64,000 nucleotides of DNA from Thermoplasmata archaeon (GTDB lineage Archaea; Thermoplasmatota; Thermoplasmata; Lutacidiplasmatales; UBA184): the NCBI GenBank assembly GCA_021844945.1, contig JAKBSJ010000003.1, positions 32,565-96,564 of the forward strand, given 5' to 3'. Within the stretch, counting starts at the first letter, position 1. The number at the start of each line of letters is the position of its first letter. Positions 8,963 to 18,312 of the stretch are shown here, piece after piece. The position numbers were made by a program, and so were the translations under genes. The notes under the pieces are model-generated. The model saw only the letters and a list, made by a program, of their open reading frames with translations, did no database searches and was not told where the DNA came from.

Positions 8963-9742
8963 CTATTCCTCGGTGGATTTCGGCGGCGGGTGGATGCGTT
9001 CCAAGAACTCCTCGGTCTTGACCTTTAGTCCCTCCCGTGTGAGGAACTCGGCCAGGTGGCCGACGTCGCGCTCGAGCAGCCGCTTCGCCTCCGGATGCTC
9101 GGCGGAAACGGCCTGCGCCACATCGATGGTGACGACCTTGCCCTCGTGGTAGAGGAGGTTGTAGGGAGAGAGGTCCCCGTGGACGAGCCTCGCGATCTCC
9201 CACATCTTGCGGATCTGCTCGACCAAGTCGTCGTAGAGCCCGGGCAAGTCGTCCACGAGGGCATCCTTCAGCCGAGGAGCGGCTCCCTCGGGGCCGCCGA
9301 TGTACTCCATCACGAGGACGTTGCGGAAGTGACCCAGGGGCTCGGGGACTCGAACGCCCGCGGCTCTCAGGCGACCGAGTATGGTGTGCTCTCTCCGCGT
9401 CCACGCCGGGATTAGCGTGCGCAAGTTCCGGACCGAGACTTCGCGACGGAGCTCCTCCAAGGCGTAGGGCGGGAAACGGCGAAACGTTGCGTTTCCGACC
9501 CGGTACACCTTGATCGCGACCCACCGCACCCCCTTCGTACCGCGAAAGACCCCGCCCTCCTTACCGGTAGAGATGGGATGGTCGATGGCGTCGAAATAGC
9601 CCTGGTTGATGAGTCGGGAGATCGCGAGGAGGGTGGGGTGGTCGAAAAATTCGTCCAGAACTTTGCCCTGATGGGCCTCCTTGCGGCGGTCCTGTGGACG
9701 CTCGGGCCGGGTAGGGTACATGATCTCCTCGGGGCGCGGCAT
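8963..9742 (-). CDS. RIO-type serine/threonine protein kinase, 259 aa
   Basis: STGKEGGVF, VAIKVYR and LVHGDLSPYNLL match the RIO1/RIO2 ATP-binding and catalytic loop. The start is at MPRPEEIMYP. Confidence 0.85.
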   Translation of the reverse strand: MPRPEEIMYPTRPERPQDRRKEAHQGKVLDEFFDHPTLLAISRLINQGYFDAIDHPISTGKEGGVFRGTKGVRWVAIKVYRVGNATFRRFPPYALEELRREVSVRNLRTLIPAWTRREHTILGRLRAAGVRVPEPLGHFRNVLVMEYIGGPEGAAPRLKDALVDDLPGLYDDLVEQIRKMWEIARLVHGDLSPYNLLYHEGKVVTIDVAQAVSAEHPEAKRLLERDVGHLAEFLTREGLKVKTEEFLERIHPPPKSTEE

Positions 9743-9868
9743 TTCAGGATCGGAATCGCTTGGAGCGGATAGGATGATAGGGCGTCCCGGTGGTTGAGAG
9801 CCTCTCCGCCGCCCGCTCACCCTCTGGACAGCTCGTCTATATGAACGAAGTCTGCGTCGATCCGACCG

Positions 9869-10435
9869 ATGTACGCACTGCTCTCCGCGCCGCCACCGTC
9901 CCCAACGCCTCCGGATCGCCCTCCGGCTCGTCCTCCCGGCGGGCGACCGCTCCGCGAGGCCGCATGGTTGGATGGCCCCGCGAACTACGACCGCGTATTC
10001 CAGGTGGTCCGTGCGGCGGTCCATCGGGTTTTGGGCATCGGGCGCCCCGGTCTGGGCCTGGGCCTGTCGGACCTCCCTCCCGGCCTAGGAGCCTACTGGC
10101 AAGTGAGCGGCAACGTGATCGTACTCAACGAGGGCCTCGTCGCAGCGATGCGCTCGCACGCCCGGACCCCGCTCGAGCTGAATTCGTTCGTCTACGTGTT
10201 GCTGGCCCATGAGTATCTCCACGCCCTCGGGTACTTGGATGAGGGAGAAGTACGTCGGGTCACGGCCTACGTGACCCGGCGCGCCTTCGGGCCGGACCAC
10301 CCGGCATCGCGCATGGCAAGCGGCGACCTCTGGCGCATGTTTCCATTCCTTTCCGACACTCGAGGCGGCAACGGCCAGAGCATTCGGATCGTCCGGCAAT
10401 TCGATACGAGCTCGACCGATACGTACATCCGGTGA
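9869..10435 (+). CDS. Putative HExxH zinc-metallopeptidase-like protein, 188 aa
   Basis: A single HEYLH motif (VLLAHEYLHALGYL) is present. The N-terminal proline-rich, low-complexity stretch makes the start uncertain. Confidence 0.45.
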   Translation: MYALLSAPPPSPTPPDRPPARPPGGRPLREAAWLDGPANYDRVFQVVRAAVHRVLGIGRPGLGLGLSDLPPGLGAYWQVSGNVIVLNEGLVAAMRSHARTPLELNSFVYVLLAHEYLHALGYLDEGEVRRVTAYVTRRAFGPDHPASRMASGDLWRMFPFLSDTRGGNGQSIRIVRQFDTSSTDTYIR

Positions 10436-10505
10436 GGAACGAAGAACCCCCATTCCCTCGATAGCGCCAAATACGCGCGACCCGCTAGGTGCGCGGTCGA
10501 AGACA

Positions 10506-10979
10506 ATGGTGGATGCAGCAACGGTCACGGCCGTGGTCCTAATGGTCGTGGGCGTGGCCCTGTTCGCGCTCGAGTTGTTCCATCCCGGAGCGCTCCTGCT
10601 GATTCCGGGGTCGGTACTTCTTGCCGGAGGGTTGCTCTACCTCTTCCTCCCCTCGCTGCTTCTTAACAGCTGGGTGGGCATCGTAGTCGTGACCGCGGCC
10701 GCGGTCGCCGCCGCGTTGATCGAGATTCCCTATTACCGTCACGTATCGCCCGGCCATCCTCCGATGACCACGATGCCCATGACGCTCGTGGGTAAGGAGG
10801 GTATCGTGGTCGTCGACGTAATCCCCAACACCCTGCGCGGAAAGGTCCGCGTCGGCTCCGAGATCTGGAGCGCGAACTCGTCGATGCCGATTTCGGCCGG
10901 CACTCCTGTTCGGATCGTCTCGGGAGAAGGGGTCTCGATCAAGGTCGTGCCGATCGCTTCGGTCCCGGCGGCATCGTAG
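10506..10979 (+). CDS. NfeD-family membrane protein (short form, OB-fold C-terminus)
   Basis: The N-terminus has two TM helices. The C-terminal beta-rich segment GKVRVGSEIWSA...PVRIVSGEGVSIKVVP is typical of NfeD. It lies directly upstream of the stomatin gene. Confidence 0.75.
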   Translation: MVDAATVTAVVLMVVGVALFALELFHPGALLLIPGSVLLAGGLLYLFLPSLLLNSWVGIVVVTAAAVAAALIEIPYYRHVSPGHPPMTTMPMTLVGKEGIVVVDVIPNTLRGKVRVGSEIWSANSSMPISAGTPVRIVSGEGVSIKVVPIASVPAAS

Positions 10980-11032
10980 GCGCGAGCGACGAGCTTAATC
11001 GTGGGCTTCCGTATGGAGGCCCGGGTACATCG

Positions 11033-12250
11033 ATGGTCTCGGACATCACGATTGTCGAAGTCGCGCTGGCCGCCATCGTCGTCGTCGTCATTCTCCTCAT
11101 CCTCCTGCAGCGGATGCTGTACACGATCCAGCCGTACCAGCAAGGGGTGGTGACCCGGCTGGGTTCCTACGTCCGCACCCTGAATCCCGGGTTCCAGGTC
11201 GTCAGCCCCCTCGCGGTCATCCTGAAGGTTGACCTACGCACCCAGGTCCTCGAGGTCCCGCGCCAGGAAGTCATCACCAAGGACAACTCGCCGACGAACG
11301 TCGACGCGATTATTTACATCAAGGTCGTGGACTCTCCGAAGGCCCTCTTCCAAGTACAGGACTACCACGTCGCGACGGTCGCCCTCGCCCAGACGACGCT
11401 GCGCAGCGTCATCGGCGATATGGAACTGGACGAGATCTTGTACAACCGGGAGCGGATCAACACCCGCCTCCGGGACATCCTCGATGAAGCGACCGACCGC
11501 TGGGGCGTCCGCGTCGAGGCAGTGGAGATCAAGGAGGTCGACCCGGTCGGCCCCGTCAAGTCGGCGATGGAAGAGCAGACCGCTGCCGAACGCCAGCGGA
11601 GGGCCGCGGTGCTACGGGCGGACGGAGAGAAGCGGTCCGCCATCCTCGTGTCGGAAGGCCAGAAGCGATCACGCATCCTGCAGGCGGAGGGGGTCCGGCA
11701 GTCGAAGATCCTCGAGGCCGAGGGCGCGCGGGTGGCGACAATCCTCGAGGCGCAGGGGGAGGCCCAACGCCTCCGTATCCTTGCCCTCGGAGCGAGCCCG
11801 CTCGATGCCAAGGCGCTCACCGTCCTCTCGCTCGACACGCTGACCGCGGTAGGGGATGGCCAAGCGACGAAGATCCTGTTCCCGTTCGAGTTCTCGCGGC
11901 TGATGGAGGGGGCGGCCGAGTACCTCGGAACGTCGCGTACCGTCCCCGACCGCTCGCTCAACACCATGGAGGACTTGGAGAAGCGGATTGGTTCGATGAA
12001 CGACATCCTGGGCCCGATTCCGCGCCAAGAGGAATTGATGACGGAGATCAAGTCCATCGAGGACGAGATCAAAGCCGAGTCCGACGAGTCGACCGCGATG
12101 GTCGGACCCTTCGGAGGGACGCACGCCGCCAAAGTGGTGGCCCCCGATCTACCGGACCCGGACGCCGTCGCACCGCCCCCACCCCCGGCCGCCGCGACTC
12201 CACCGGCGCGCAAACCCGGCCCGCCTCCCTCGACGACGGACCCGGTCTGA
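11033..12250 (+). CDS. SPFH/band-7 (stomatin/prohibitin-like) protein, 405 aa
   Basis: There is an N-terminal TM helix followed by the SPFH domain (QQGVVTRLGSYVRTLNPGFQVVSPL...ITKDNSPTNVDAIIYIKV). After the SPFH domain come a coiled-coil EAEGxRQS-type repeat region and a proline-rich tail. Confidence 0.85.
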   Translation: MVSDITIVEVALAAIVVVVILLILLQRMLYTIQPYQQGVVTRLGSYVRTLNPGFQVVSPLAVILKVDLRTQVLEVPRQEVITKDNSPTNVDAIIYIKVVDSPKALFQVQDYHVATVALAQTTLRSVIGDMELDEILYNRERINTRLRDILDEATDRWGVRVEAVEIKEVDPVGPVKSAMEEQTAAERQRRAAVLRADGEKRSAILVSEGQKRSRILQAEGVRQSKILEAEGARVATILEAQGEAQRLRILALGASPLDAKALTVLSLDTLTAVGDGQATKILFPFEFSRLMEGAAEYLGTSRTVPDRSLNTMEDLEKRIGSMNDILGPIPRQEELMTEIKSIEDEIKAESDESTAMVGPFGGTHAAKVVAPDLPDPDAVAPPPPPAAATPPARKPGPPPSTTDPV

Positions 12251-12304
12251 AGTTCGAGTTCGGGGCGACAGCATCGAATACCCGTCCGTCGTGGATGCGA
12301 ATCG

Positions 12305-13096
12305 ATGAGCGACCCGCTCCGAGTCGAGCGACGCGGCTCGATCGCCCTCCTCACGATCGATCGCCCGGAGCGCCGCAACGCGCTCGATATACCGGCGATG
12401 CGGCAGCTCAAGGAGAAGGTCCAGGGCCTTCACTTGGATCCGGAGATCCGCGCCGTCATCCTCACGGGCGCGGGCGAGGCGTTCAGCGCCGGTGGTGACG
12501 TCGCTACGATGGGAGAATTCCTTGACCGCGGCGAGCTCCCCCGCTTGTTCCACGAGCTCACGGCGGAGATGGAGCAGGTCATCCGTGAGATCGTCACGAT
12601 GCCGAAACCGGTGGTCGCCGCGATTCCCGGGGTCGCAGCCGGTGGGGGGCTCTCCCTCGCCCTCGCCTGCGATTGGCGCATCGCAAGCGAACGAGCCCTC
12701 TTGGTACCCGCGTTCTCTCGCCTGGGAGCCGTCCCCGACGGTGGCCTTACGTACTTTCTTCCGCACTACCTGGGCATCGGCGGTGCTCAGGCACTGCTCT
12801 TCGCGGACGCGCGCGTGCCGGCCGCTCGCGCGCTCGAACTCAGCCTCGTCCACGAGGTCGTGCCGGCGGACCAGCTCGCCGCCCGAGCATGGGAACGAGC
12901 GCACGAGCTCGCCGCGGGCCCGACCCGGGCCTGGGCGTGGGTGAAGCGTCTGACAGTCTCGGCGTTCGGCCAGAGCCTCGAGTCCCAGCTGGCCCTCGAA
13001 CGCAAAGGGGCGGTCGAAGCGGCCCAAGGAGCCGAGCTCGCCGAGGGGATCCGCGCGTTCCGGGAAAAGCGCCCGCCTCGTTTCGAAGGTCCCTAG
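12305..13096 (+). CDS. Enoyl-CoA hydratase/isomerase (crotonase) family
   Basis: IALLTIDRPERRNAL and ILTGAGEAFSAGGDV are the crotonase oxyanion-hole motifs. Confidence 0.85.
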   Translation: MSDPLRVERRGSIALLTIDRPERRNALDIPAMRQLKEKVQGLHLDPEIRAVILTGAGEAFSAGGDVATMGEFLDRGELPRLFHELTAEMEQVIREIVTMPKPVVAAIPGVAAGGGLSLALACDWRIASERALLVPAFSRLGAVPDGGLTYFLPHYLGIGGAQALLFADARVPAARALELSLVHEVVPADQLAARAWERAHELAAGPTRAWAWVKRLTVSAFGQSLESQLALERKGAVEAAQGAELAEGIRAFREKRPPRFEGP

Positions 13097-14418
13097 GGCG
13101 AAGGGCGTCCCTGCCACGGGCGGCCGAGCTTTTGCTCGAGATCTCGACGCACTCCCGGCCATTCGCTCGCCAGGATGCTGTAACAGACCGAGGACCGGTA
13201 GATACCGCTCGCCAGCTTGAGATGCTCGCGAAGTACCCCCTCTCGCCGGGCCCCCAGACGCTCGATCGCTCGTTGCGAACGCTCGTTCCTCGAGTCCGTG
13301 CGCAACTCGATCCGGTGCGCGTGCTCGGTCTCGAACGCGTGACGCAGGACGAGGTACTTCGCTTCGGTGTTGATCGGCGTTCGCCACAGGGCGGAATCGA
13401 TCCAGGTGCCGATCTCGGCCGACCGGTCGGCTCGTTCGATGTCCAAGTAACGGCACATCCCTACGATGCGGTCCTCGGTGAGGGAGCGGATCACGAAGGG
13501 CAGGACTTCACCGCGTTCCTGCTGGGCCAGCAGCATCTCCACGAGTGCGGCCATCTCCGCCTCATTGCGACCCGGGCCGATCCGCAACCACTGCCAGACT
13601 TGGGGGTCCCGACCCGCTCGGGCGAGTCCGGCGATGTGACGGCGCTCCAGAGGGACGAGCTCGATCCACCGACCGCGAAGAACGACCGCATCCCGTAGGC
13701 GGAGCGGCGGGGGAGGCTCTACCGGTCGGCTCGGCGGCAGACCTAGGTCGATCGAAATGCGCGCCGCGGTCGCCGAGCCGGTGGGCGAAGGGCTCCACGG
13801 GCGCGCGAGCCGCGCGTCGAGCTTGGCTCGCACCTTCGACCACTCGGAACGAAGGATACCGAACTGCACGCTCGTGCGGAACCACCCGTCCGCGAGCAGT
13901 ACATTCTCCCGCAGCGCAGCCTCGCGAATGGCTCCGACATCCGATATGGCGTTCTGTGACCGCTCGTTACGCAGGTCGGTCTGAAGACTGACCCGATGCG
14001 CCAGACCCTCCTCGAAGGCGTGGGTGAACAGGACCCGCTTACAGTCCGAGTTGACCGGCGTTCGCCAGTACGCAGAGTCGAGCCAAGTGCCGCCCACCTC
14101 CACGGACTCGTTCGCGTCGTCGATGTGGTGGTACCCTGTAGCGCCCACCAACAAGCCACTCATTTCGAGCCGTATCGCGAACATGACCGATTGGCCGGCC
14201 GCGACAACCGAGTCATATCCATGTACGTAGGCGCGAGCGTCTTCGAGCGTCGTCCCGGGTCGATGCCGTAGGTAGCGCTGCACCTCGGGCGAAGCAGCAG
14301 CGCGCAGGAGTTCCGGTGCGTCGTCGACGGATAGGGGCCGAAGGTCCACGTAACGTCCCTTCAGCCGCAGGCCGGGTGCGAACTTGTCGGAACGCATCGC
14401 GATGCTGTGAATCCGCAC
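13093..14418 (-). CDS. Tandem double GNAT-family N-acetyltransferase (RimL-like), 441 aa
   Basis: There are two homologous halves, each with a GNAT core (...H..IELRTDSRNERSQRAIERLGARREG... and ...HRVSLQTDLRNERSQNAISDVGAIREA...). Confidence 0.75.
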   Translation of the reverse strand: MRIHSIAMRSDKFAPGLRLKGRYVDLRPLSVDDAPELLRAAASPEVQRYLRHRPGTTLEDARAYVHGYDSVVAAGQSVMFAIRLEMSGLLVGATGYHHIDDANESVEVGGTWLDSAYWRTPVNSDCKRVLFTHAFEEGLAHRVSLQTDLRNERSQNAISDVGAIREAALRENVLLADGWFRTSVQFGILRSEWSKVRAKLDARLARPWSPSPTGSATAARISIDLGLPPSRPVEPPPPLRLRDAVVLRGRWIELVPLERRHIAGLARAGRDPQVWQWLRIGPGRNEAEMAALVEMLLAQQERGEVLPFVIRSLTEDRIVGMCRYLDIERADRSAEIGTWIDSALWRTPINTEAKYLVLRHAFETEHAHRIELRTDSRNERSQRAIERLGARREGVLREHLKLASGIYRSSVCYSILASEWPGVRRDLEQKLGRPWQGRPSP

Positions 14419-14488
14419 CGGATAACTTCGACGGGGGGTACTCGCACCGCTCCGGTGCGCGGGTTTACGTCAAGAAATGGAGCACGGC

Positions 14489-14497
14489 TTAAATAAA
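14489..14497 (+). promoter_or_regulatory. Candidate archaeal TATA box (TTAAATAAA) for the nuo operon
   Basis: This is an AT-rich island in otherwise about 65% GC DNA, 51-59 nt upstream of the nuoA ATG. The region is shared with the divergent GNAT gene. Confidence 0.35.
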
Positions 14498-14547
14498 GCC
14501 CCGCGGTCGGACGTACGTCACTGGATGAGCGGTAGGAGGGAGGGAAC

Positions 14548-14913
14548 ATGGATGCCGGCGTAACGACGTTCCTCGTCTTCGCGCTCGTTGCCGTTGCCTT
14601 CGCCGTCGGGTCGATCACGATGAACCGCACGCTCGGTGCGAAGCGTCGCCGTTCCTACCTCCAGCTCACGACGTACGAGTGCGGGGAAGAGGCCGAGGGA
14701 GAGGCTCAGATCGACTTCCCTACCCAGCACTACACCTTCGCGATCGTCTTTGTCGCCGTCGACGTGCTGGGGTTCATCCTGGCCCTGTGGGCCCTCACGT
14801 TCCGCGGGCTCAACTCCGGCCTCTTCCCGGTCCTGATTGCCTTCGGCTTCGCCGGGCTCGCGATCGTCGGAATCTACTACGCGCTCAGCGGCGAGCGCCG
14901 GTGGGTCGTATGA
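14548..14913 (+). CDS. nuoA: NADH-quinone oxidoreductase subunit A
   Basis: It is a 121-aa, 3-TM protein containing ECGEE, the NuoA/ND3 motif. Confidence 0.85.
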   Translation: MDAGVTTFLVFALVAVAFAVGSITMNRTLGAKRRRSYLQLTTYECGEEAEGEAQIDFPTQHYTFAIVFVAVDVLGFILALWALTFRGLNSGLFPVLIAFGFAGLAIVGIYYALSGERRWVV

Positions 14914-15515
14914 ACGCCTCGAGCGTGACCACAGCTTCCGGGACCGCGAAGGCGCCCGGCACGGAACTGCCGGTCGTCACGCAGCCCGGCGTCCCGTTCA
15001 TCGAGATCGAGACCCTCCGTGCGAAGGAGTTCCTCCCGGCCGCTAAGGAGGCGCTCTCGGCGATGATCGCCGAGCGAGGCCGGGAGGACCTCACGCAGCC
15101 GGTCTTCAACTGGGCGGGGCGCAACTCGCTCTTCCCGCTTCACTGGGGTCTCGCTTGTTGCGCGATCGAGTTTGCCGCGGCGTTCGGCGCCCGGTGGGAT
15201 GCGGAGAGGTTCGGCATCGTTCCGCGGTCCTCGCCCCGCCAGTGCGACCTCATGATCGTGAACGGCACGGTCACTTGGAAGGTGGCGCACAAGCTGATCG
15301 CGCTCTACGAGCAGATGCCCGAGCCCAAGTGGGTCATCGCGATGGGCAACTGCGCTACGGGTGGGGGGCCGTTCCGAACGGCGTACTCGGTGGTCCCGGG
15401 CGTCGACAAACTCGTACCGGTCGACCTGTATATCGCGGGATGCCCGCCCCGACCTGAGGCGATGCTGGACGGGATCCTGAAACTCGAAGAACTGATCCGG
15501 GAACGCAAGGAGTAG
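14910..15515 (+). CDS. nuoB: NADH-quinone oxidoreductase subunit B (N2 cluster subunit)
   Basis: [20 protein letters not shown] and GCPP supply the conserved N2-ligating cysteines. The start at 14910 overlaps the nuoA stop (ATGA). Confidence 0.9.
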   Translation: MNASSVTTASGTAKAPGTELPVVTQPGVPFIEIETLRAKEFLPAAKEALSAMIAERGREDLTQPVFNWAGRNSLFPLHWGLACCAIEFAAAFGARWDAERFGIVPRSSPRQCDLMIVNGTVTWKVAHKLIALYEQMPEPKWVIAMGNCATGGGPFRTAYSVVPGVDKLVPVDLYIAGCPPRPEAMLDGILKLEELIRERKE

Positions 15516-15545
15516 CACGGGGATCCGGGCGTTCGTCCAGAGCAT

Positions 15546-16019
15546 ATGGAGGCAGAGTTCCCCGCCCTGGTCAGCGCCCGGCTCGGGGACCGTGTGGCCG
15601 CTGTCGAAGTGTTCCCGGGTACGCTCGGGCGAGTCCGTTTCCGAGCCGAGGCCGCTCTCGACGTCTTCCGCTCGATGCGCGACGACTTCGCGTTCGACCA
15701 TCTCTCCATGGTCGGCGGGATCGATTGGGTCGATCACCGCGAGGTCTTCTACGTGCTATGGTCGGATGCACGACGTGCCTACGTGATCCTCTCGACCGAC
15801 CTACCTGCCGAGAACCCGCATATCGAGTCGGCGACGCCCACGTGGCCGGGAGCGAACTGGCACGAGCGCGAGACGTGGGAAATGGTCGACATCCACTTCG
15901 ACCATCACCCAGACCTGCGGCACCTATTGATGCCGGACGGGTACGTTTTCCACCCGCTCCTGCGATCGTTCAAGCTCCACGAGCCCGAGGAGCTGGAGGT
16001 CAAGACGCGCAATGTCTGA
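15546..16019 (+). CDS. nuoC: NADH-quinone oxidoreductase subunit C
   Basis: The 30-kDa-subunit core WHERETWEMVDIHFDHHPDLRHLL...DGYVFHPLL is present. Confidence 0.85.
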   Translation: MEAEFPALVSARLGDRVAAVEVFPGTLGRVRFRAEAALDVFRSMRDDFAFDHLSMVGGIDWVDHREVFYVLWSDARRAYVILSTDLPAENPHIESATPTWPGANWHERETWEMVDIHFDHHPDLRHLLMPDGYVFHPLLRSFKLHEPEELEVKTRNV

Positions 16020-17157
16020 GATGTGGATCAACATGGGGCCACAGCACCCCATGACGCACGGGCTGTGGAACCTCCGGGTGCACGTCGACGGCGAGATGGT
16101 CCTGGACGTCGATCCGGAGATGGGCTACCTCCACCGGGGGATCGAGAAGATCAGCGAGGACCGCCACTACAACGAAGTGGTGACGCTGATGGATCGATGC
16201 TGCTACGTCGCCGGCCTCGCTTGGGAACACCTCTACATCCTCTCGGCCGAGCAGGCGCTCGGAATCCGGCCCCCCGAGCGCGCGGAGTGGATCCGGGTGA
16301 TGAGCGAGGAGTTCCAGCGGCTCGGTTCCCACCTCATGTGGTACGCGGCGTTCGTCCAGGACATCGGCCTGATGGCTCCGTTCCTCTACGGCATGCGAGA
16401 CCGGGACCTCGTCCTCGACCTCTTCCAAAGCTACACCGGCGCCCGGATGACGTACGAGTACATGCGGGTCGGCGGCGTGCGCAACGACCTTCCGAACGGG
16501 TTCACCGATCAATCCCGCAAGGTCTGTGACTGGCTGATCGACCGTTTCGAAGAGTACGACCGGCTCTGCCTCGCGTCGGCCATCTTTCACAAGCGCTGTG
16601 ACGGACTCGGCAAGATGTCCCGGGCGGACTGCGTGGCCTACGGGGTCACCGGTCCGATGCTGCGTTCGGCGGGGTCGAAGCGCGACCTCCGCAAGGACCG
16701 ACCGTACTCCGCCTACGACCGCGTCGAGTTCGACGTCGCGACGGCCGACGGCGCCGACGTGACGGCGCGCTACCTGGTCCGGATGGAGGAGATGCGCCAG
16801 TCGGTGCGGATCATACGGCAGGCTCTCGATTGGCTCGACAAGAACCCGGGGCCCGTGATGGCCGCTCGGGTCCCCCGATGGCTGGGGGCTCCGTACGCCC
16901 CGATTGGGAACGAGGGCTATCTGCTCAAGCGCAACTATCCGAAGGGCCTCGGCCTATCGGCGATCGAGGAACCTCACGGAGAGGCGCAAGCCTACATCGT
17001 GAACGACGGGGGGGAGCACCCCTACCGCGTGAAGTTCCGCTCTCCGGTCTTCGCGAACATCAGCGCGGCGAAGAAGTACCTCGTGGGCTACCGCATCGCC
17101 GACATTCCCCCGATCATGGGAAGCGTGGACGTCTGCGTCGGGGAGTGCGACCGGTAG
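16012..17157 (+). CDS. nuoD: NADH-quinone oxidoreductase subunit D
   Basis: MGPQHPMTHG...RVHVDGEMV...PEMGYLHRGIEK is the 49-kDa subunit signature. Confidence 0.9.
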   Translation: MSEMWINMGPQHPMTHGLWNLRVHVDGEMVLDVDPEMGYLHRGIEKISEDRHYNEVVTLMDRCCYVAGLAWEHLYILSAEQALGIRPPERAEWIRVMSEEFQRLGSHLMWYAAFVQDIGLMAPFLYGMRDRDLVLDLFQSYTGARMTYEYMRVGGVRNDLPNGFTDQSRKVCDWLIDRFEEYDRLCLASAIFHKRCDGLGKMSRADCVAYGVTGPMLRSAGSKRDLRKDRPYSAYDRVEFDVATADGADVTARYLVRMEEMRQSVRIIRQALDWLDKNPGPVMAARVPRWLGAPYAPIGNEGYLLKRNYPKGLGLSAIEEPHGEAQAYIVNDGGEHPYRVKFRSPVFANISAAKKYLVGYRIADIPPIMGSVDVCVGECDR

Positions 17158-17166
17158 GACAGAATC

Positions 17167-18294
17167 ATGTCGGTCACCCTGCTCTCGGTCGCGACCGCGA
17201 TCTCTCAGGCGATTCTCGGCGCGATCGGGAGCGTGTTGCCCCAGCCCGCGAGCGGTGCGGTAACGAACGTCAACACCGTCGACGGTTTGGCCGCGCTGAT
17301 CTTCGCCGCCATCCTGCTCCTGGCGAGCATGCTCAACACGATCGTGCTCATCTGGTGGGAGCGAAAGCTGCTCGGTCGCTTCATGGACCGACGCGGCGCC
17401 ATGCACGTCGGCTACGCTGGGTTGTTGCAGAACTTCGCCGACGGTATCAAGCTGTTCCGAAAGGACACCGTCAAGCCTCGGGAGGCCGACACGCTCGGCT
17501 TCTGGAGCGGGCCGACCGCCTACATGGTGACGTCACTGATCATCTTCGCGATCCTCCCCGTTTCGACCGGTTGGAACTCGGGATCGCTTCCGCTAAGCCT
17601 TCTCCTTGCGCTGGCCGTGTTCAGCTTCGCGCCACTGTTCATCTTTGTCTCGGCTTGGTCGAGCAACAACAAGTACTCCCTGATCGGTGGGATGCGGTCC
17701 GCCGCCCAGATGATCGCCTATGAGGTCCCGATCCTCCTGGCGGTCGTCGCGGTCGTGCTGGTCTCGGGCAGCTTCGACCTCCAGACGATCGTACTCGAGC
17801 AGACGAACTACTGGTTCTGGGTGCCGTTGTTCCTCGCCCTGGTGGTCTTCGTCGCAGGAATGCTCGCCGAGATGGAGCGGATCCCGTTCGACCTGCCCGA
17901 AGCAGAGGCGGAGCTCGTCGAAGGATGGAACACCGAGTACGGGGGTATGATGTTCGCGTTCTTCATGCTCACCGACTACCTGCGCGCGCTCTTGGGCTCC
18001 TTCCTTATCGTCCTGCTCTTCCTCGGCGGCTGGACGATGCCCGGGTGGGTACCCGCGGCGGCGACGAGCTTCCCGCTCGCGGGAATCTTCTGGTTCATGC
18101 TGAAAGTGTACATCGTCTTCACGGTCTTCGTTTGGATCCGTGCGTCGCTCCCGCGCGTACGGACCGACCAGTTGCTGCGCGTCGGCTGGAACCGCATGGT
18201 CCCGCTCGCGCTCCTGAGCGTGGTCCTCGCAGCCCTCCTCGTCACCGTGAAGTGTCTGCCCGTCCTCGGTTGCATACCTACCCTGGGGGGCTAA
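17167..18294 (+). CDS. nuoH: NADH-quinone oxidoreductase subunit H
   Basis: WERKLLGRFMDRRGAMHVGYAGLLQNFADGIKLF is the NuoH/ND1 signature, in a polytopic membrane protein. Confidence 0.9.
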   Translation: MSVTLLSVATAISQAILGAIGSVLPQPASGAVTNVNTVDGLAALIFAAILLLASMLNTIVLIWWERKLLGRFMDRRGAMHVGYAGLLQNFADGIKLFRKDTVKPREADTLGFWSGPTAYMVTSLIIFAILPVSTGWNSGSLPLSLLLALAVFSFAPLFIFVSAWSSNNKYSLIGGMRSAAQMIAYEVPILLAVVAVVLVSGSFDLQTIVLEQTNYWFWVPLFLALVVFVAGMLAEMERIPFDLPEAEAELVEGWNTEYGGMMFAFFMLTDYLRALLGSFLIVLLFLGGWTMPGWVPAAATSFPLAGIFWFMLKVYIVFTVFVWIRASLPRVRTDQLLRVGWNRMVPLALLSVVLAALLVTVKCLPVLGCIPTLGG

Positions 18295-18312
18295 GGAGGA
18301 GGGTTCACGGTC

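Noticed and set aside
9743-9868. Possible tRNA or ncRNA in intergenic gaps (also 1794-1857, 34596-34754, 41687-41795, 47577-47717, 62710-62874)
   Set aside because: Visual inspection found no cloverleaf-compatible stems or conserved T-loop (GTTCRAATC) motifs. These gaps contain AT-rich TATA-like boxes consistent with promoters. No tRNA is claimed without a covariance scan.
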